From positions 333,890 through 397,889 of the forward strand of contig JBMNJI010000007.1 in NCBI GenBank assembly GCA_050951585.1: a DNA stretch of 64,000 nucleotides. The letters run 5' to 3'. This document shows positions 59,508-64,000 of the stretch, in pieces. Each line of letters starts with the position of its first letter. Position 1 is the stretch's first letter. The position numbers were made by a program, and so were the translations under genes. This stretch comes from Peptococcia bacterium (lineage in GTDB: Bacteria > Bacillota > Peptococcia > DRI-13 > DTU073). The notes under the pieces are model-generated. The model was not told the origin of the DNA and ran no database searches. It was given only the letters and a program-made list of their open reading frames with translations.

Positions 59508-59949
59508 GTGATATGTAGTGCCTGTAAATCATCGGCTCTAATATCTTCCCCTCTACTTATTCCCCCGAAATATGTTGCTGCCTGCGATATGTATTGCCTG
59601 TGCTGAGCCTATCCTAACGTAATACTGTATCGGTTGAACTCATCTACCGCATTATCTTTTTTCTATAATTCGTTCCACCCTGTCCATGATATGTTGCCGT
59701 TTGCGATATGTAGTGCATACTGTCTGTGATATGTAGTGCCTGAGCGTTTATTGCGGAGGACAGCGAAACAGACTTAACGAAAGCGAAGAGAGAAAGCAAA
59801 GGGGCTGACAGGACGTTAGCCCCAGCTCGAGTCAGCACATGGATGTGCTGTCGAGGGCGGTTTGCTTGATCCTGAGCTGAGTTCTAGTCTGTTCTGTACG
59901 TAGCACGAAACGTCGAAGGCACACATATCCCTTTCCTACACTACATATC
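59508..59949. repeat. array of at least 8 copies of a 13-17 nt motif (GATATGTAGTGCCTG) in both orientations
   Basis: Plus-strand copies: 59510-59524, 59569-59584, 59586-59600, 59688-59700, 59705-59718, 59728-59742. Inverted copies: 59917-59929 and 59938-59949. Two 17-mers are identical (59508-59524 and 59726-59742). Confidence 0.8.
59785..59823 (-). terminator. terminator-like hairpin downstream of leuA
   Basis: On the minus strand, GGGGCU-11 nt-AGCCCC is followed by UUUGCUUUCUCUCUUCGCUUUCG. A second long hairpin lies at 59826-59855. Confidence 0.4.
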
Positions 59950-61491
59950 TTCCTTCCGCAATAACTGCGGATTCACCCGCACCAGCTTATTCACCGCATT
60001 CAAATAAGCTCTGGCACTGGCCTCGATAATGTCCACGCTCAAACCGCGGCCCAGGAAAAGATGATCGCCCCACGCAACCCGCACAACCACTTCGCCCTGG
60101 GCATCTGTCCCTCCGGTAACCGCACTGATGCTGTATGACTCCAGCTTCACCGGCAAATTCACAATCGCCTCAATGGCTTTATACGTGGCTTCAACCGGTC
60201 CATCGGCGCACGCGGCCTCCTGAACTACCTTGCCGTTTATCTTAATGCTCACGGTGGCCGTAGAGGAAATGTTTGTGCCGGAACTCACCTGCAGGCTCTC
60301 GAGCTTGTATGCTTCCTCCCCTGTCCCTAAGACCTGACTATCCATGAGCATAATCAAGTCTTCGTCCAAAATCTCCTTTTTCCGGTCTGTCAAGGCTTTA
60401 AATTCGGAGAATGCTTTATCCAAAGCTTCCCCTTCCAGCGAATAGCCTAAGTCCTCCAGTTGTAATTTAAAAGCATGTCGCCCGGAGTGTTTCCCCATCA
60501 CCAACTTATTAGAACCAATCCCGACCATTTCCGGATTCATAATTTCATAAGTACTGCGCTCCTTCAAAACCCCATCCTGATGAATGCCGGATTCATGGGC
60601 AAAGGCGTTTCGCCCCACAATAGCTTTATTGGCCGGGATAGGCATCCCCGTATAAGTGCTCACCAAGCGACTGGTCCGGTATATCTCCCGCGTATTAATG
60701 CCTGTGGTAAAGCCGTAATAATCACGCCGTGTCTGAAAAGCCATGGCCAGTTCTTCTAAAGAGGCATTCCCGGCCCGTTCCCCGATGCCGTTTACTGCCA
60801 CCTCAATCTGCCGGGCTCCGTTCAGCACTGCCGCAATGGAATTAGCGACCGCCATCCCTAAATCATTATGGCAATGGATACTGATCACCGCTTGCGAAAT
60901 ATTAGGCACGCCTTCCCTGATCGCTTTAATAAACTGGCCAAATTCCCACGGAGTCGCATAGCCAACCGTATCAGGAATATTAATCACGTTAGCTCCGGCC
61001 TCAATTACTTTGGTGAAAATCTCACACAAAAAGGGAACCTCGCTCCGGGAAGCATCCTCGGCGGAAAACTCTACATCGTCAACCAGACTTTTCGCCAGCC
61101 GTACTCCTTCCACGGCCATTCTGACCACTTCTTCAGGTGGCTTTTGCAGCTTATACTGCATATGAATGGGGGAGGTGGCAATAAAAGTATGGATCCGCGG
61201 TTTTTCCGCCTCTTTAACTGCCTCATAAGCGGCGCGGATATCCTTCTCACTGGTACGTGCCAACCCCGCAATAATCGGTCCTTTTACTTCCCTGGCAATC
61301 CGCTGGACCGCCCGGAAATCCCCCTCCGAAGAAATGGGGAACCCGGCTTCAATGACATCTACACCCAGTTTCGCCAACTGCTGGGCAATCGCCAGCTTCT
61401 CTTCCATATTTAAGTTGACCCCGGGGGACTGTTCGCCGTCGCGCAACGTGGTATCAAAAATATAAATCCGTTGTCCGTTTTCTTCAATCAT
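59941..61491 (-). CDS. leuA: 2-isopropylmalate synthase
   Basis: 516 aa. [16 protein letters not shown]..., [13 protein letters not shown], and a C-terminal LeuA dimerisation/regulatory domain. Confidence 0.96.
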   Translation of the reverse strand: MIEENGQRIYIFDTTLRDGEQSPGVNLNMEEKLAIAQQLAKLGVDVIEAGFPISSEGDFRAVQRIAREVKGPIIAGLARTSEKDIRAAYEAVKEAEKPRIHTFIATSPIHMQYKLQKPPEEVVRMAVEGVRLAKSLVDDVEFSAEDASRSEVPFLCEIFTKVIEAGANVINIPDTVGYATPWEFGQFIKAIREGVPNISQAVISIHCHNDLGMAVANSIAAVLNGARQIEVAVNGIGERAGNASLEELAMAFQTRRDYYGFTTGINTREIYRTSRLVSTYTGMPIPANKAIVGRNAFAHESGIHQDGVLKERSTYEIMNPEMVGIGSNKLVMGKHSGRHAFKLQLEDLGYSLEGEALDKAFSEFKALTDRKKEILDEDLIMLMDSQVLGTGEEAYKLESLQVSSGTNISSTATVSIKINGKVVQEAACADGPVEATYKAIEAIVNLPVKLESYSISAVTGGTDAQGEVVVRVAWGDHLFLGRGLSVDIIEASARAYLNAVNKLVRVNPQLLRKEDM

Positions 61492-61508
61492 CTCACTACC
61501 CCCCTCAC

Positions 61509-63212
61509 CTAACGTCCAATTTTCGCTTGGGACACCATTTCATCCAACCCTTTACCGGCCAAAACCATCGGATACACATTATATTCACTGGAAAGCTCTA
61601 CTTCCAGAATGGCTAAACCCGGATGGCGCATGAATTCTGCCATTTTTTCCGCTAATTCTTCCTTTTTCTGTACTACCAAGCCCAACGCCCCATAGGCCCG
61701 GGCAATATACTGAAATTCCGGCAGCTTCCGGAAATACACGGAAGCATACCTGCCCTCACAGTAATGATCCTGCAATTGTTTGACCATACCCAGTGTTTTG
61801 TTGTTAAAAATGACTATTTTCAACGGTAAATCTTCGGCGAGACAAGTGCCCAGCTCATTCATCCCCATTTGAAAACTGCCGTCGCCGGTGATTACTACGA
61901 CCGGACGCCCGGGATAGGCTACCTGCGCCCCGACCGCCGCGGGAATCCCATAACCCATCGTCCCCAAACCACCCGAGCTGATAAAAGAACGGGTCCTTTG
62001 CAGCTTTAGAGCGTGCGCCGCCCAAATCTGGTGTTGCCCCACATCAGTAGTAACAATCGTTTCCGGTGTCAAAAACTGATTTAAGGCCGCAATCACTTCC
62101 CCGGGATAAATATCTGGCGAGGCGCTTGTTCCGAGAGCATCGGCAGCCGCGTCAGGGCCCGTCTTACTCTCAATGAACGCATCCGCAGCCAGCCACAAGC
62201 CTGTACGCTGTTCTTCATCCAGAAGCTCAATAATCTGTTTGAGAATAATCTTTAAATCACCGACCAGGGGCACATCAACCCGCATATTCTTCCCGATTTC
62301 AGCCGAATCGATATCAATATGGATGATCTTCGCCAAGGGCGCGAACCTCTGGGTATTCCCGGTGACCCGGTCATCAAAACGCATTCCCAGGGCAATAAAA
62401 AGATCACATTCCTGGGTAGCCATGTTTGCTTTTGCTAACCCGTAAGTGCCCAACATGCCCAGGGAGAGAGGATGTTTCCGCGAAATACTGCCTAACCCCA
62501 TCAGCGTATTCACCACGGGAATTTGGTATTTTTCCGCCAAAAACAGCATTTCCTCTTCCGCTTTGGCACTGATCACACCCCCGCCTGCACAGATCAGCGG
62601 GCGTTTTGCTTCCTTCAATAATTGGACCACTTGTTTAATCTGTCCTTGATGCCCCGTCAGATTGGGCTTATATCCCCGCAATTCTATGCGCTGAGGCTCT
62701 TCCACCTGAACCCTTGCCGCCGCCACATCCTTCGGGATATCGATTAAAACCGGACCAGGGCGACCGCTTTTCGCGATATAAAAAGCCTCTTTGACAATCC
62801 GCGGCAAATCCCGAGTATCCTTCACTAAGTAATTATGCTTACTGATGGGGTCGGAGATCCCGGTCACATCTACTTCTTGAAACGCATCTGTTCCGACCAT
62901 ACCCGAAGCTACCTGTCCGGTAATCATAACAAGCGGAATAGAATCCATATAAGCAGTTGCTACACCCGTAATGAGGTTCGTAGCTCCCGGACCGGATGTG
63001 GCCAGACAGACACCGACTTTTCCGCTGGCGCGCGCATAACCGCTAGCCGCATGGGCAGCGCCCTGCTCATGCCTAACCAGGATATTTCTGATGCGGCCGG
63101 AATTCTCCAACGCATCAAAAATCTCCAGCGACGCTCCACCCGGATAACCGAAAATAACCTCTACACCTTCATTTTCCAGACATTTAACCAGAATCTCCGC
63201 ACCCGAATCCAT
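61509..63212 (-). CDS. ilvB: acetolactate synthase large (catalytic) subunit
   Basis: 567 aa. It has TPP-enzyme N-terminal, central and C-terminal domains ([14 protein letters not shown]; [15 protein letters not shown]...GDGSFQMG). Confidence 0.95.
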   Translation of the reverse strand: MDSGAEILVKCLENEGVEVIFGYPGGASLEIFDALENSGRIRNILVRHEQGAAHAASGYARASGKVGVCLATSGPGATNLITGVATAYMDSIPLVMITGQVASGMVGTDAFQEVDVTGISDPISKHNYLVKDTRDLPRIVKEAFYIAKSGRPGPVLIDIPKDVAAARVQVEEPQRIELRGYKPNLTGHQGQIKQVVQLLKEAKRPLICAGGGVISAKAEEEMLFLAEKYQIPVVNTLMGLGSISRKHPLSLGMLGTYGLAKANMATQECDLFIALGMRFDDRVTGNTQRFAPLAKIIHIDIDSAEIGKNMRVDVPLVGDLKIILKQIIELLDEEQRTGLWLAADAFIESKTGPDAAADALGTSASPDIYPGEVIAALNQFLTPETIVTTDVGQHQIWAAHALKLQRTRSFISSGGLGTMGYGIPAAVGAQVAYPGRPVVVITGDGSFQMGMNELGTCLAEDLPLKIVIFNNKTLGMVKQLQDHYCEGRYASVYFRKLPEFQYIARAYGALGLVVQKKEELAEKMAEFMRHPGLAILEVELSSEYNVYPMVLAGKGLDEMVSQAKIGR

Positions 63213-63263
63213 AAAACATCCTCCTCCGGATATCCAAATCCTTGAGCTCTCTACTCAAAAATC

Positions 63264-64000
<737 letters not shown>

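Noticed and set aside
59435-59940. A leucine T-box leader or leader-peptide attenuator upstream of leuC.
   Set aside because: The only T-box-like string is AGGGTGGAACGAA, which lacks the GGTACCGCG core. I found no specifier-loop or stem-I features and no Leu-rich mini-ORF.
59508-59949. The short repeat array as a CRISPR locus.
   Set aside because: The repeats are only about 13-17 nt, irregularly spaced (17 to about 100 bp), present in both orientations, and there are no cas genes.
60868-61413. 181-aa plus-strand ORF. Similar antisense ORFs lie at 62835-63245, 12083-12424 and 10449-10796.
   Set aside because: All lie antisense within strongly identified biosynthetic genes (leuA, ilvB, purL). 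They are typical shadow ORFs.

Overview
This is a 64-kb chromosomal core segment from a moderate-GC Firmicute of the Clostridia type. The proteins look Peptococcaceae/Desulfitobacteriaceae-like, but the lineage cannot be proven from this window. There are about 60 genes, and most lie on the minus strand.

Gene order by coordinate:
- glmS with its glmS ribozyme leader
- a Cache-GGDEF diguanylate cyclase
- a purE-purL-purF-purM-purN-purH-purD operon
- a sodium:solute symporter
- tRNA-Ala(CGC)
- an AT-rich islet of about 1.9 kb, holding intact abiEi/abiEii and an hsdR stub, with a truncated fic just outside it
- hpt-guaA
- a membrane-anchored hypothetical plus a Lon-related protease
- motAB and a CBS protein
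- groES-groEL with a perfect CIRCE operator
- 5-formyl-THF cyclo-ligase and ridA
- a DnaA-box cluster
- corC/CNNM and tsaE-tsaB-rimI-tsaD
- an amidohydrolase, tex, an asparaginase-II-like gene and a C26 amidotransferase
- an SPFH gene followed by an RHH gene
- two secreted RCC1-repeat paralogs
- mazEF, nnr and acpS
- cdaA-cdaR-glmM
- DUF881-sbp-DUF881
- a 537-aa orphan, a Tat-signal D-aminoacylase and an FmdB zinc ribbon
- ilvC(partial)-ilvB-leuA, a long repeat-filled spacer, then leuCDB

I saw no rRNA, no CRISPR array and no intact integrase or transposase.

Items most worth a second look:
1. The AbiE islet is bounded by a 12-bp direct repeat that contains the guaA stop region. This looks like an att-like scar of an integrative element.
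2. guaA has an internally deleted glutaminase domain and has lost the catalytic triad.
3. A same-orientation cluster of at least seven DnaA boxes lies downstream of the tsaEBD-rimI-corC block.
4. At least eight copies of a motif of about 15 nt, in both orientations, fill the 506-bp leuA-leuC spacer.
5. Two tandem secreted RCC1 beta-propeller paralogs are present, and one has its signal peptide split by a frameshift.
6. A 537-aa protein sits as an isolated transcription unit and matches no family I recognise.

All functional calls rest on my reading of the translated ORFs and nucleotide motifs. No database search was run.
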